A stretch of DNA of 64,000 nt, taken from the NCBI GenBank assembly GCA_036785375.1, contig JAWMAR010000023.1, positions 7,316,001-7,380,000 on the forward strand, read 5' to 3'. Shown one piece after another: positions 49,101 to 62,477 of this stretch. The notes beneath the pieces were generated by a model. The model did no database searches. It had not been told where the DNA came from and saw nothing but the letters and a program-made list of their open reading frames with translations. Numbering within the stretch: position 1 is the first letter of the stretch; every line of letters begins with the position of its first letter. The position numbers and the translations under genes are program-made. The DNA is from Leucoraja ocellata (taxonomy: Eukaryota).

Positions 49101-52100
49101 TTGTTCCCTGGAACATAGTGACAACGACATTTGGTTTGAAATCTTACCAATGTTTAGATTGCAATCGCCCCCTCGCTCCTTGTACATCTGATACACAAAG
49201 AGACAAGAAACTGGTTTCAGAAGCAGGCTCAAAATCGCCATGCCAACACTGAAACGGAATTGGTCCCTAGTGCTGTCAATCTGGACATCAGCTGCACGCT
49301 CATAGTTGACTGCAATGTGGATGATGTCCAGGAGGATTGTTATTACCATCCCAATCAGGTACTGAAAGACAAAGAGACAAAGTCAGTTTCAACCGACAAG
49401 TTCAGTTTCTTAACTTAACATGGCAAGAGGGGGGTAGAAGAGAATAAAAGGCAGATTGCCGACCAAACTCATTGCATTGTACATTCATGACTACACTCCT
49501 GGCTCCATGTAGCGGGAGGAATCCTTACCCCACACGCTCAGAATTTCAGAGTATGCAATAGTGCAGGACTATTCCAGGAAATAAAAGAAATGCTGGTTCC
49601 AAGAATTAATTTTTAAAATATAGATATTCATGGCTTGAAGAGAGGGAGTGGGGGAACAGATGCCTAACAGAGAAGGGAAAGGGGAAGAGTGAATCCCAAT
49701 AAGTTCATCCCTTTGGGCTTTGATACATTGTTTTAGTACAGTCACTGATTTTGTAGCCGAACAATGCAGGCAATGTGCAGACCACAATTTCAAAATAATT
49801 AGTGCTAGACACCGAACACTGAAATTGTCTCTCAGCACATTTGACGTTCATTAGGTGTTCAACAGTGCAATTTTCAGTTCGTTGGCTCAGTATTTGGAAA
49901 GCAACCACCGCTGCAAGCCTTGAACCTATGATCTTCAGTGGTTGAAGCACTATCAGCTAAGCCATGGTAACTATTCAGGTGATAAAACAGATTGTGATAT
50001 AGTAACATGTAGTGAGTTTGGCTGCATTGTACCCGTTGGTATAAAGGAGGCAGCAACTGTAATAACAAGGCAGGCATGTTTTTAAAATTTACTCTGGGTC
50101 ACTTTTGTTAAAGGGCATTTTGCTTCACTGAATTTACTTATTACTTAAATTATCTCTGCAATTCTACTGAAGCATGCTTAAAACGTTACAAGGCAACTGC
50201 ACAGTAGGTTATGAAACAGAACAAATGTTACATAGGTAGCATATGTAAAATATGAGGTGAACCACATGCCAGGAAAATTCTAGGTTATTTTAAACATGAC
50301 TGATCACCCTAACCAGCGAAGATAGTGATGATATGTTTATTGAACTTTCAAGCAGTGTGTGACTTGTCCTTGGTCTACATTGATCTCAAAACATAATTCT
50401 TGAATAGTGTGTCTGATAATTGTACAGAAAGCTAGTAGACATAAGCTCACCTGTGATGCCCCCACATTTAATTAGTCAGCAACAATCATATATGTAAAGA
50501 AGATACTTGGATAAGGAAAAATAAGTGCTCAGGATCCATGAATTGTGTTCCTACAAAGGTTAGTGGATTAGGAGGTGGAAATGGGTTCAGTTCAGTTGTA
50601 AGGACATATATTACCACAACATGGAAAACAATACTAATGTTAGGGCAGAACTACTCACCATGGCAAGAGCATCAACAGAGTCTCTCTGAGCAATGGCCCA
50701 AACCCCAATGGCCAGAACAGCATAATTACTCCAGATGTATGGTTGTGGAAGCCAGAAAGACAAACAGCCCCTGTCAAAAAGCAAATCACCTTAAGCTTCT
50801 CTTTCTGTGGGGAATTTTTCTGTTTCTTCAAATGATGCATAGTAGTCTCAACCATGTATAGAGCCAATGGCTTTATACATTTTGAAAACTTCCAAAATAT
50901 TGCAAATTTCTAATGATTATATAGTTGCACAACACCTGATTTCTCCTCCACTTTCTCTTTGATATCGAGGTTAAATATTTTTCCCAGGAGTATTTTGTTC
51001 TAATATGGTAGGAACAAAATTTATTCAGAATACCAAACAAGTAGCTCTGAACCCTTCTGTAAATATACTTCTGCGTGTGGCAATGATCAGTGGGTAAAGA
51101 AAATTATGTGTTTTGCAATAGTAACGGAAGAGTGCAAGAGCAGCTGAAATAGATCAATTGAATCTCAAGGAGGAAGTGGACCTCAACATGGCAACATCAC
51201 AATATGCTGAATTTCAGTTGAATAACACCTTATCCATTCATTTCCAAAACAAACCATCAAATAATTGAATCAAACACACACACTTATCCCTTGCACACAC
51301 ATTCCCTTTCTGGTACAATTCATCCCAGCTGCCAAGGGTCATTAATACCCAAGGCAGGAGACACTCCACACTTTTAGTCCACGCCTGTACAAATAATCAA
51401 AGATGCACTTGGATAATAATTGCTGATTTTAAGTTCTTGGGATAAATCAGTTATCCTTTTCAATATCCTCGGAGTTACAGCAACCAGTCAAAGGCCAAAA
51501 ATTGCTTCAAATTCACAAACCAGTTTAATGCCTCACTCTAACTTTGACAACTCAGTACAAATTGAGTTTGACCTGTAATAATCTATAACCTAGATGGCTG
51601 AGTCAGATTATTACCAATTTTGAAGACTGCAACTTTAATATTGAATGGTTTGCTTGAAATGAATAATAACAATGACTGAGAATTTTAGAAATCTCAGTTA
51701 AATAAACTACTGCCGAATCATTTCTGGTATTTTGTGATTCTTGACTCTTCCCTATTGAAAACATCACGACCTTTCCCTGCATCAATTAGTCAGAGCCAAG
51801 ATCACAGAAGCATGTGAAATTTTAAACACCATTACGAATTAGGAAACTAGACTGAAGCAACCAAATGCAACAAGATTTGACTTGCCTCTCTCCAACCTCC
51901 GCATTTCTACATACCCTTTGCCATAATAGTACAATTTTTGTTAGATGGGACAGCTTTTAAAAATGATCCTACTTAAACAATAAATGGCTTTGCTCTCGAG
52001 TTCAGCTTTAAAAGTATTTTTGTCCAAAATTCATAATGTGTGGTTATTGTTTTATAAAATTGAGCTCTACTATCTGAAACCAGATCACTGACACAAACCT

Positions 52101-55100
52101 AAAAGTTACAGCATAACTGCACAATCACATTCACAGAGCTACTGGCTAACTTTCAGCATTAAAACTATACAATATTTTAAAGAACCATTACAATATTAAC
52201 TTTTCTGTACTTAGTTGCTGAAGGAAGTTAACAAAAAAGGTCAAAGTGATAATTTTATATCTCAGTAAGTTGGGTTTCCCCACACGGGTTAGCATTTCAG
52301 CTAAACCATTACTGCTCAAGTTCTGAGACTAAAAAGGAATGAATTCCCAAAATATTACAGAGAAACCAAGTGATACAGATTCCTATAAACAATGGTTGTT
52401 ACCTCTACTTGTTTCTGAATAAAGTGACTTTTTTGCGAGTGAGTGGCATTAAAGGGCCAGTCCCACTTGGCGATTTTTTTCGGCGTCTGCCGGCGTCATA
52501 TCAGGGTCACCAAAAGATTTGAACATTCCAAAATCCAGCAACGACAAAAAATGTTGCGACACTTGAAAAAACACCGCGCGTCAAACATCATCATGCCTCA
52601 AATTTTTCGGTGACCTGATACCTCAGTCAATGATGCCGCAGTCACTAAAAAATCGGCAAGTGGAACAAGCCCTTAACTGTCCCACCTTCTAATCATCAGT
52701 GAATATTAAATTGCCCAATCAGTTTTGAAAAGTACTGCTTTAATATGGTTCTTGGCTGCAAGCGGAGTCATCTTTTTGATAATCCTGCCACCTAAACACT
52801 GCCCACCACCCTATCAGCCGCTGAAAAACGTACCAATCAATATCACATCTGGGCTTAGATTACTGATGCTCTACTGGACTTCCATCCTTCTCCACAAATT
52901 TCTGCTCCTCCTAAACTCTGAAGCCCACATCTTATTTGGCCTCAAGTTCTATTCACATCAGTCCTACACTCATGACAGGCACCCAATCCTGACAAACATA
53001 TTAATACAAACTATTAATTCCTTTTGCGGGCTCTCCCCTCATCATCTATGACCTTGACCATCCCAATGATATCCTCTTTCCTAACCATTATTACACCAGT
53101 TCCAGCCATTTGCAAATCTACCAGCATCCACCATTGGCAGACTTAGACATTCTGATTCTCACTCTCTAGGAATGTTCCTAATGCTCATCTATTCGGCCTT
53201 GCTTTCAGTTATTCCTCCATTACAACTCTGTGAAACAACAGTGTAATGCTTATTCTTGTTAAAGGTGCCATTGGTGCTGCTGATGACACAAAAGTGGGTG
53301 GGATTGTGAATTGTGAGTGGAAGACCGAGGTGGTTCAATTGAGTGAGGGGAAAATGCAGTACATGACAAGTTCAGTGCATTGCACATAAATGTGAATTTA
53401 TCCACTTTGGAAGGAAGAGGAGGAAGTCAGGTTGTTATTAACACAGGAAGAGACCAGGAGGTGTTAATATACAAAGTAATCTGATAGCTTTTGTACACCA
53501 GCAATACCATACTGTTTGCTACCTACAAAACTACATCTAGATATGTGCAGCAACAGTGAAGGTTGCAAAAGTATGTTGGCCTTCATTAAAAAAAAAATTT
53601 AAATCCAGGAATAAGTGAATAATTTATTATAATTATATGGGGTCCTGGCAAGATTAAACCTGAAGTCCCGTTGAGAGTTCAGTCTCCTCACCCAAGAATG
53701 GATACAACTGTGATAGGGGGAATACAACAACAGGGGGAATACAACAACTGATTTCTGAGATTGTAGGACTGTCATACAAGGAAAGATTGAATCAACAAAG
53801 CCTCGAATTAATAAAAATGAAAGGAGATTTCATTGAAATGTACAAATGTCTGCCAAGGTTCAATAGGCTCTGGAGAAACAAGAAACTGTAGTTACTGGAA
53901 TCTTAAGTAAAACACAATGTGATGGATGAACTTTGTTAGGCGGCATCTGGAAGGAATGGAGAGGTGTCATTTTAGGTCAGGACCCTTCTTCAAACTGGAG
54001 AATGAAATCAGGTTTCAAGGTGGTTTAATTGAGCAAGTCTAAAGAATGGTCCTGATCCAAGATGTCGCCTGCCCATTCCCTCCCCAGATACTGGCTGAAC
54101 CACTCAGATGATCCAGCCCTTTGTGTTTTGTCAACATGCTCTAGTTCTTTTCATCTAGCTGAGAGTGCAGTGGAAGGACTAAGAACTGGGATCACAGTCT
54201 CATGATGAGTTAAGACACTTAGGAACAAAAGGAGAAGGAATTTCTTCAGTCAGATGATGGTTAAACTGGGGAATTTGTAATCACAGAGGGCTGTGAGGGG
54301 CAAGTTGCTGAATATATTGAATTAAAGATACAAAAGGCATCAAGTGGTGTGGGAGAGAAAATGCTACTGTTACACAAGTTTAGCAATTATCATTGTGAAA
54401 TAACATGACAGGCTCGAAGGGACTATTGACTAATCCCTGCTCTGACTTTTCTCAGTTTCAGAAATGCAGCAGGTGGTTATTTGTTAGCATTATACAATTA
54501 TTTTAAATGGAAGGCAGTGATTTAAGAATAGATTAACAAACTTTCATTACTCACCAGGTTGTAAGGAGCCAGTGCACAGTGATGATCATCTGTGGGGGTC
54601 AAAACCAGGTCATTATGGTATATCTGAACAATCTCTGCAGTTCCAGTGACATTAACAGATCCTAACCCAAGCATATGATCCTCAATGTCTCATATATATA
54701 TATATATATAATATATATATATATGCGTGTGCGTACACACACACACACAAAAAAAAATGTAAACATGTTACGAACACAGTACAGGAACAGGTCCTTTGGC
54801 CCATAATGTCTGTGAAGAACATGATGCCAAGTTAAACTAATCAGCCTGCAAGTGATTCATATCCCCCCCATTAACCTTATGGCTATTTAAAAAATCCTCA
54901 AATGCCATTATCGTATCTGTCTTCTTTGAAATCAATTCCCACAGGCTACAGAGGACCAAGACAAAACAGGAAATACTGTTCCTCAAGCTTGCATTGGAAC
55001 GGTGCAGGAGGGCACAGAAAAATCAGAATAGGTGCGGCATGGTTAATGACGTTGTACGGAACTGCAAGGTTAAGGTAGTCCTGGGGACTGAACGGGTCTG

Positions 55101-56399
55101 CTTCCTCAAGGCCATTACCCAATCTTCTCCAATTAGCAGAGACCACATGCAGTACACTAGATTGGAGTGAATTACTGATTCGCCCATTCAGATAGTTTGA
55201 GTGGAGACACAAGAAACTTTCAGGGGAAAATGCCGTGAGAAGGGGGAGGGTTGATGGAGATGGGAGAACAAACTATGGAGTCACAAAGGGCATGGCCCAT
55301 TCAAAAAGAGAGGAAAGAGTGACCAAATTTGTGAATGATATCCTTTGAATACAGAGGCTAATGAGATGAAAGGCAGGAACTGGGGTGATTCTAGCATTGT
55401 TGATACTCAGAGGAGACAAGAGATGTGGAAAATATACGATTGAAACATCAAATTACAAAGAGATTACACAAAATTTACACAGTTTTACAATTACACAAGA
55501 GAAAGTAGATGAGACAGGCACAATAACAAAATGTAAAATACATTTGGACAGATACATGGATAGGAAAGGTTTGGAGGGATATGAATCAAACATGGGTAAA
55601 AGGGGCTCGCTTAGATGGGACAACTTGGTCAATGCGGATAAGTTGGGCCAATGGGCCTGTTTTCGTGCTGTATGACTATGTCAAAATGCAAACGAGAACT
55701 ATCGGGTGTGACTCGGAGAAACCGAGTTGAAGGAAAAAATATCTCAAGGATCTGTGTGGAAAGTCACATCACCACAGCAAATACCACAGATAAACCGGGA
55801 AAATGAAATTGGGTGGGGTGAGACTCAATGAGATTCGAAAGCACTTAGATATAAAAATGTATAACAGTTCCATCACAGCAGTTAAAATAAATATCACGTG
55901 GAATTGGTTTATTTAAACAAACTCCTAACTACCCTACATGGTTCAAACTTACATAAATACAAGGTCGTTCAACACTTTGCACCAAGTTACGTTCACCCAT
56001 TAACCTTATATCTGCTGATCTGTGCTGGCTGCTTTTGAAGCAGTGTCAAGAATGGAACTACAAACGTCACTTTTGTTTTCCTCCATAATTTCTTCCTTCA
56101 TTTCTCTGCCGTCCCCTCCAGTCATTTCACCCTCCCGTATATCGTGCGCATTTCTGAGCAAGTATTTGGTCAGGAACTGTTAACACCACTTTTTGGGGGG
56201 TTGGATACTTGTCTCAAGTTGATTGGGGCGTTGTATTGTAATTGTGCTGTTGTTTTGCCTGTTTTTTTTTTAACGCTTTCAGATCGGCACCACTAACCCT
56301 GTCTTCGAATGTCTCTGAAAACCCGAGGTTACTCCACAATCCCAGTCCCGTTGTTAATTTCCGAGTGTTTACCTTCAGATTAATCACCGGCAGTCCCAT
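46009..56399 (-). CDS. AGTRAP: Type-1 angiotensin II receptor-associated protein, 168 aa; complement(join(46009..46127,49148..49361,50659..50770,54555..54589,56373..56399))
   Basis: Translation MGLPVINLK-MIITVHWLLTTWGC...LAIGVWAIAQRDSVDA...RFSVGMAILSLLLKPVSC..VYQMYKERGG..GFP..SYQTI..GY* matches the AGTRAP family. GT-AG introns with consistent phases. Confidence 0.95.
46980..47152 (-). mobile_element. Young CR1-type LINE 3' end
   Basis: atagaaacatagaaa...ggccattcggcccttcgagcctg; related copies at about 7960-8150, 11620-11680, 14890-15050 and 48330-48680. Confidence 0.75.
47952..48028 (-). CDS. AGTRAP: Candidate alternative AGTRAP terminal exon (DLDSSIDSRFTCDSVESRAYCGRSS*)
   Basis: About 30-nt polypyrimidine tract plus TAG acceptor, in frame with exon 4 (phase 1). 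Confidence 0.45.
49148..49361 (-). CDS. AGTRAP: AGTRAP exon 4 (YLIGMVITILLDII...ERGGDCNLNI)
   Basis: ctttcag acceptor, G|gtaaga donor; phase 0->1. Confidence 0.95.
50659..50770 (-). CDS. AGTRAP: AGTRAP exon 3 (GCLSFWLP...VWAIAQRDSVDALAM)
   Basis: ttttgacag acceptor, gtgagt donor. Confidence 0.95.
52453..52673. mobile_element. PIF/Harbinger-type MITE (221 bp)
   Basis: About 26-bp TIRs AGGGCCAGTCCCACTTGGCGATTTTT / AAAAATCGGCAAGTGGAACAAGCCCT, with TAA on both flanks. Confidence 0.8.
53270..54450 (+). mobile_element. Old CR1-type LINE fragment interrupted by a Penelope-derived palindrome (about 53870-54130)
   Basis: ADDTKVGG remnant at about 53278 and CR1 3' region. Confidence 0.6.
54555..54589 (-). 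CDS. AGTRAP: AGTRAP exon 2 (MIITVHWLLTTW)
   Basis: cccacag acceptor, gtgagt donor; 35 bp. Confidence 0.93.
54690..54758. repeat. Compound (AT)n/(CA)n/An microsatellite
   Basis: Directly visible. Confidence 0.9.
56373..56399 (-). CDS. AGTRAP: AGTRAP coding exon 1 (MGLPVINLK)
   Basis: ATG at 56399, AAG|gtaaac donor; 27 bp. Confidence 0.92.
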
Positions 56400-56780
56400 C
56401 GTTGCTTCTTCTCCCGGAATTAAACTTCAAATACAATCACGTGTCCCACAACCACATGACTCCAGGCCACTTTCTGCAGGGAACTTGCCGGCTCCCGGGT
56501 CCTCCTGCCCGTCCCCACTTGTATTTCACCACTCGTAAGGGAAATTGGGACACCAAGAATATTAATACTATTGTTTCAGTGCACTGTCGAAGCGGCCGAT
56601 TTAATCTTTACTAACAGTCAAACGAAAATAATCCAAGGTTCAAAGATTCTGTCTTCGACGTTTGTGGCATTTTGCTCCAGTAATTAACCGTTCAACCTCG
56701 AGTTGACCAACCCCGCAGCCTGGTGTGTGTTTTTGTGAAGATCAGCTGCTCCGCGCATGAAATCAGATTAATATTCATCC
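56400..56780 (-). promoter_or_regulatory. AGTRAP 5' UTR / proximal promoter (moderately CpG-enriched)
   Basis: Raised CpG density immediately upstream of the AGTRAP ATG. Confidence 0.55.
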
Positions 56781-57074
56781 GGAACATTTGGCCCACAATC
56801 AAGTGATCGCTGAGCAGCTAGCTATTATTGCATCGAGTGAAACTGTACATTTCACCAAGTGCTTTAAAAGGAAACTGCTGGCTGGAGGAACTCAGCATCT
56901 GTGGAGGCTGGTCCTGATACAGAGTCTCCACCTGAAACGTTTGCTGCTTGGTCTGCTCAGTTCCTCGAGCATTTTAGAGTGTGCCGAGAGGCACCCTGGA
57001 TTCTGCAATTTTAGGTGACACCCACCTACTACCCCCCAGTATGCACCTCCCCCATTACCCCAGCACGCCCTTCT

Positions 57075-57300
57075 GAGGTTAATTACCGGGATGGCGATAT
57101 GTTGATAGAATGGAGCGACTGAGCTTGTATACACTGGAGCTTAGAAGGATAAGAGGGTATCTTATTGAAACATACAAGATTATTAAGGGATTGGACACGC
57201 TAGAGGCAGGAAACATGTTCTGAATGTTATGGAGTCCAGAACCAGGGACCACAGTTTAAGAATAAGGGGTAGGCCATTTGGAACTGAGATGAGGAAACAC
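57075..57300 (+). mobile_element. Young CR1-type LINE fragment
   Basis: Near-consensus CR1 ORF2 3' sequence (LYTLELRRIRGYLIETYKIIKG). Confidence 0.75.
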
Positions 57301-57394
57301 TGAGGGGGGAGAGGGTGGTGGGAAGAACGAACGTTGGAGGGGAGGGGAGGTGGAGGAGGGAGGGAGGGAGGGGGGGGGGGGGGGGGGGGGTTGG

Positions 57395-57722
57395 AGCGCT
57401 GGAGTGCCCCTTCTCTCCCTCCCGGAGTGGCCGTCCTGCCTTGCAAGTGCATTGTGATGTCACTCAGATTTCTTTTTTTCCGAAATGGGTGAGTTTGAAG
57501 AAGTCGGGCTTATTTTCTAAATTTCAATGATTAATAACTTTAGAAATGTAGGTGGAAATGCGACGGGAAGATGTTTATCGCCACCAGGGGAAAAATGTGA
57601 GTAGGATGTGTGAAAATGGGAAGGCTGTGGCCTAGCGTTTGGAAGAAGATAGGAATTAACCAGATTGACACAGAGACACATCTTGTGCACAAACAAGATG
57701 AAGACTTTTAGTTATATAGAGA
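57395..57722 (-). mobile_element. Possible Helitron/Helentron-type non-autonomous element, 5' portion
   Basis: The - strand begins A|TCTCTATATAACTAAAAG, with a subterminal hairpin CATCTTGT/ACAAGATG (57679-57700). No 3' CTAG end was found. Confidence 0.4.
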
Positions 57723-57909
57723 TGCCATCCAAACGTGCTAGGCATGGACAGTGTTACTTGAAGGATTGTGAATAGAGTTATTATCAATTATCAGTGAACA
57801 TGCCCAGCTGGCTTCAGACCACAGATGCTATCAATATCTGAAGACTATTTGATCATAAGCACAGTCAAACTTGCCTAGTATTTGGTTTGGTTTATTTATT
57901 GCCAAACGG

Positions 57910-58150
57910 ACCTCAGGTGCTGCCTAAGTGGAGTTTACCGGATGACCATGTGGGTTTCCTCCAGGTACTCCGGTTTCTTCCCACATCCCAAAGACATGCA
58001 TGTTTGTAGGTTGATTGGCCTCTGTAAATAGCCCCTAGTGTGTAGGGAGTCGGTGTGAAAGTGGGATAACATAGAACTAGTGTGAATGGGCGATCGATGG
58101 TCAGCCTGTAATGAGTGGGCCTGTTTACACGCTGTATCTTTCACTTAATC
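57910..58150 (+). mobile_element. 5'-truncated V-domain SINE
   Basis: gggtttcctccaggtactccggtttcttcccacatcccaaag plus the family tail. Confidence 0.7.
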
Positions 58151-58604
58151 AGTATCTGAAAACTATTTGATATCAAAATTATCAAAAAGTGTGTTATTTT
58201 TCAAAATATAGTAATCTTCAGATATGAATGTTATTGATAAAACCAGTAATTGTAGTCCAGATCTACTTCACCTGGAAATATGACAATAGGCTTTTTATGA
58301 ACTATTTTTATGAACTATTTTAGCCCATGTGGACAAGGCCACAGAGCCCTATGCAGGGAATGCCTGTTTGTTCAGCATGGATTTCATGACTTACAATACA
58401 ATTACAAAGGCAATTTGCTCTAAATTGAGCTCTACGATGAACTGAGCCGAGGTTTTTCATTTCATACTATTTATTAGCTGTCCAATAGTTTGGTTCATGT
58501 GGTTCAAGTTAAAATTAAATAGAAAACAAAAGAAGTGAAAAAATTGGTGATACCATCCTTTCATCATGCATTACATCACTAAATTCACATGCATTATGTA
58601 TAAC

Positions 58605-58812
58605 TGTCAAAAGTGTAACTATAAATAATGTAACTATAATAATGTAACTTTAACATTGGCAAGCAACATAACTAAAATAACATGATGTACAGTGTAACTA
58701 TAAAATATCTAAATAATGTAACTATGTTTGAAGAATAATGTGGCTTTAAAAATGACAAGCAATGTAATCATAATAGTGTGACAAATAGTTTTAAGACGTG
58801 CAATGTAATCCA
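58605..58812. repeat. Degenerate AT-rich tandem array of (A/G)TGTAAC/T motifs
   Basis: About 7 copies of tgtaac/tgtaat with irregular spacing. Confidence 0.65.
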
Positions 58813-59039
58813 AACAATACTTTTTAATTAATTCATGGGAAAGTAGAATTGTTACCAAGACCATTATTTATTACCCATCCTTAATTGCTCTTGAGAAAGA
58901 GATGGTGATATATGTTCAAACCAGCATTGTTGTGCCAGGCAAGATAACTACAAGTGTGAAGCAATGTAAGGAAACCAATATGCCAAACAGCATAATTATA
59001 ACGAAAATGTGCTGTTCTTCTCTCAATTAAGTTAATTGT

Positions 59040-59522
59040 AAATCACAAAGTGCTGGAGCAACTCAGCGGGTTAGGCAGAGACTGGGAGGAATGGACAGAC
59101 GATATTTTGGGTCAGGACCTTTCTTCAATCTGAGAACTTTATTTTTAAAGGTAGACAAAAGTGCTGGAGAAACTCAGCGGGTGCGGCAGCATTATGGAGA
59201 GAAGGAAATAGGCAACGTTTCGTGCCAAAACCCTTCTTCAGGCCTAAAACGTTGCCTATTTCCTTCGCTCCATAGATGCTGCCGCACCCGCTGAATTTCT
59301 CCAGCACTTTTGTCTACCTTCGATTTTCCAGCTGCAGTTCCTTCTTAAGCACTTTATCATTAAAAGTGGCTTTATGCGAGTTACATTCCTATAGTCTGTG
59401 GAAGGGCCGCAAACCAAAATGTTGCCCGTACATTCCTCCACAGATGCTGCCTGATCTACTGAGTTCCTCCAGCACTTTGTTTTTTACTCAAGATTCCAGC
59501 ATTTGCAGTTTTTTGTGTCTCT
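59040..59522. mobile_element. Nested palindromic Penelope-derived elements
   Basis: Outer inverted arms (about 59040-59130 and 59400-59520) surround a younger palindromic copy (about 59150-59350). Confidence 0.7.
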
Positions 59523-62477
59523 GCCTAGTTACTCACAGGTGGAGATTCTCACATCACATTCTCCTGTTTCCAGTGATATCTTTATTACGCTGTTTTAATA
59601 CAACTGGAAGAAAACAGAAGAATGTGGCTGCAAAAAAAGTGGATGCATGGAGTCAAAAATCCACTAGTATGTCTATGCAGCAAATTCAAGATGTATTTTT
59701 GGGGTAGGTCGTTCTGAGAGGTCACCAGGAGTCAACACTGACTTGATGGCACCTTACAAGACAGGAGACTGGCTGAAATGAACTGCTATTAATGGAGGAT
59801 GTATCATCTCTGGCATGAGCCTTACAGACCGTTTCTTCAAGATTATCCAATGTCACAGTAGACAATCAGCATATTTGTCTGAGTTACAGGATATGAGTCA
59901 CTTGCACACTGAAATAGAAAAATACAGATACTTTTCCACAGTGTCTAAAGCTGACGTGGCGAGTCTCCATTCTGTATCAATCTGCTGATTGCTTTCACTA
60001 TTTGTAAACGTTATCCTTTTCTTGATTATTACACAAATTAGAAAGGTAGTAAGACATTTGTGAAATAATTTTTGAATCGAGCGACAGAAAATAAAGATAG
60101 ACTCAAAATGTTGGAATAACTAAGCGAGTCAGGCAGCATCTCTGGATAAAATGGACAGGTGATATTTTGTGTTGGAACCCTTTTTCAGACAGGACAGAAA
60201 TTGTAAAATAATTGTAAAAATGTCTAGTAACATAAATTAATGCAGTGGTCTGAAAATAGGAAAGGCCAGCTGTTCCTCAAGTGATCGCACCTCATTGGCG
60301 GTGGTATTAAATATTACACAGAGTCTGCATCAATACTCGATGATGTTACTTGGCATGCTTCAATTCAACGACAACAAAAAACAAAGAGACAAGCAACTAT
60401 TTTTTTTCTTATATTGTTGCATTTTAGCCTGTGCTGAGCTTATGGTTGGTTTCAGGTTCTAACTGTTCTTAAGTATTTGCGAAACTTCCATGATCATTGA
60501 ATGAATCATTGCTATGGAATGGAAGTCATTTGGCCACTGGTTTGGGAAGGCAGCAGCATTCCTCCCCAGAATGAGAACGGCAAACCTGCTGATTATTATC
60601 ATCTATATGAAGTCTGGCCATAAACGATTTATGTTGTACATGCAGTCCTATTAACATCACACCACCTTGGTCTAAGTCGGCTTTGGGAGATGAATGTGTC
60701 CCAGTGTTTCTGATTAGTAGGCAACCCAAATGTCACATGAGAATGGGGCAAATATAGCATTCCATAGTCAACTTGTCAATCTGAAATGTCGACTGTCCAT
60801 TCCCTCCACAGATACTGCCTGATCCACTGAGATATTCAAGCACCTTGTGTTTTGCTCAGATCCCAGTGTTTGCAATTCCTTGTGTCTCTCGTTTACTTAA
60901 TTGTAAAGTCTAGACTCACACAGAACCAATAGTCAGTCGGGAAAGATGCCAGCAGATACAGCATCCAAGGAGGCTTAAATTAAAATGGGTAGGATTAGGC
61001 TGCTAGATTCATGTGGATTAACTGTACACAACGCAACAAATAGAGTAGATTGCAGGCTTGAACTGGAGCAGAGCTACATTTTGCTTTAAAAGCCTGATTC
61101 TATTGCAGGAGCAATGAAAGTTCTCTGGTGGGTATTTGTTTAACTGGCATTAAAAAGTGGCAGAGTAATCCAGGGCACACTTCGTATCTCAAGATATTAA
61201 AGGGGCAAGAATATCATAATGAGGAGGTTTATGTGTATGGTGATTGTATGATTAGGGAGATAGACAGTTTCTTGGTAAAGAGCAACACATGATGGGGGGC
61301 GGGGGGGGGCAGGAGAATCTGCCAGATGATGGCCTGGTGGGGGGTAGCCTTAGGTGGAAGTTGATTGAGTGTACAGTAGAGAGGCTTCTCGGAAATAAAT
61401 GTTGACAGCATAATGTTATGCATCATTAGTGGAGTCAGGGTACTGCAGTTTGTTCTAGCTACCTTTTCTCAAAATGACATTACGATCAATTTATAAACAT
61501 TGCATACAAATGTTAATTTGAACATTAATCGTAATAGCCAGGAGCAGACTATCAAAACAACAACAAGTAATGGTGTATGAAGGTTTACTAAATTATAGTG
61601 ATGAATTATTGAGTAGTGGAGCAATAGTGGAGGATAGTGGATTAAAGTGATATGTACTGAGTACGTGGGAATGGTGGATTAGTATGAAGACATGGGTGTT
61701 AATGGGGCAATGGAAGCAATGGAGGCAGTAGTCAGTAATGGGTATTAGTGGGGGCATAGAATTGAAATGATGGTATTTAGATTTGGGTGCTGGATTGCAT
61801 TAATGGAAAGCTAGGTAATATGTATAGGTGGAGGTGTTAGCTTGAGTATGAATGTTGTATTGTTGTGATAGGGTTCTGGATACTGGCTATGAGTGGAAAT
61901 GTTAATGTGGCATAAAGGATATTGAATATGATTGGGGGTTTTGGATAGTGATGCTTAACTAATGGGTAAAAAGTGTGAAATGAAAGCGGAATTGTGCTAA
62001 TGGAATTCTCAGGATGAATGGAAAAATTAAATTGGACCAGCGAGGAAAATAGGATTATAGTTATGGGACACAGATTATGAGTTAAGTATATTTGATTGGA
62101 GTGGTGAGATATTGGTTACAACTGCAGTACATCTTGGATGTTGATTGAACTTATGGAGTTTCTGGTTCATTGTAGGAGAATAGAATTGTCACATTGAATT
62201 ATTGGGTATGAGTGGGTACAATGTATTGCAAAGATAGCGTGTTGGATGGTACTGACTGATGTTGGGGAAACAGGAGAATGCTGATTGTAATGTTGGGTAT
62301 GAGTTTGACAGTGGAATGGATGGGCTAGATGTGGAATGACATGGGAGTGTATATTCCAGGCAGCTCTTGGTCTATCAGGCATATGTTGGAATCATCAAGA
62401 TTTTAGCCACTTTTTACTTTGAGATCATTTTTTGACTGGTTGCATGGACCAATTAAGCTGGATTCCGTCTCGTCTTT

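Noticed and set aside
57070-57100. The - strand peptide IAIPVINLR resembles AGTRAP exon 1 (MGLPVINLK), suggesting a duplicated first exon
   Set aside because: It lies in the antisense of a CR1 LINE fragment and has no ATG or donor; a coincidence.
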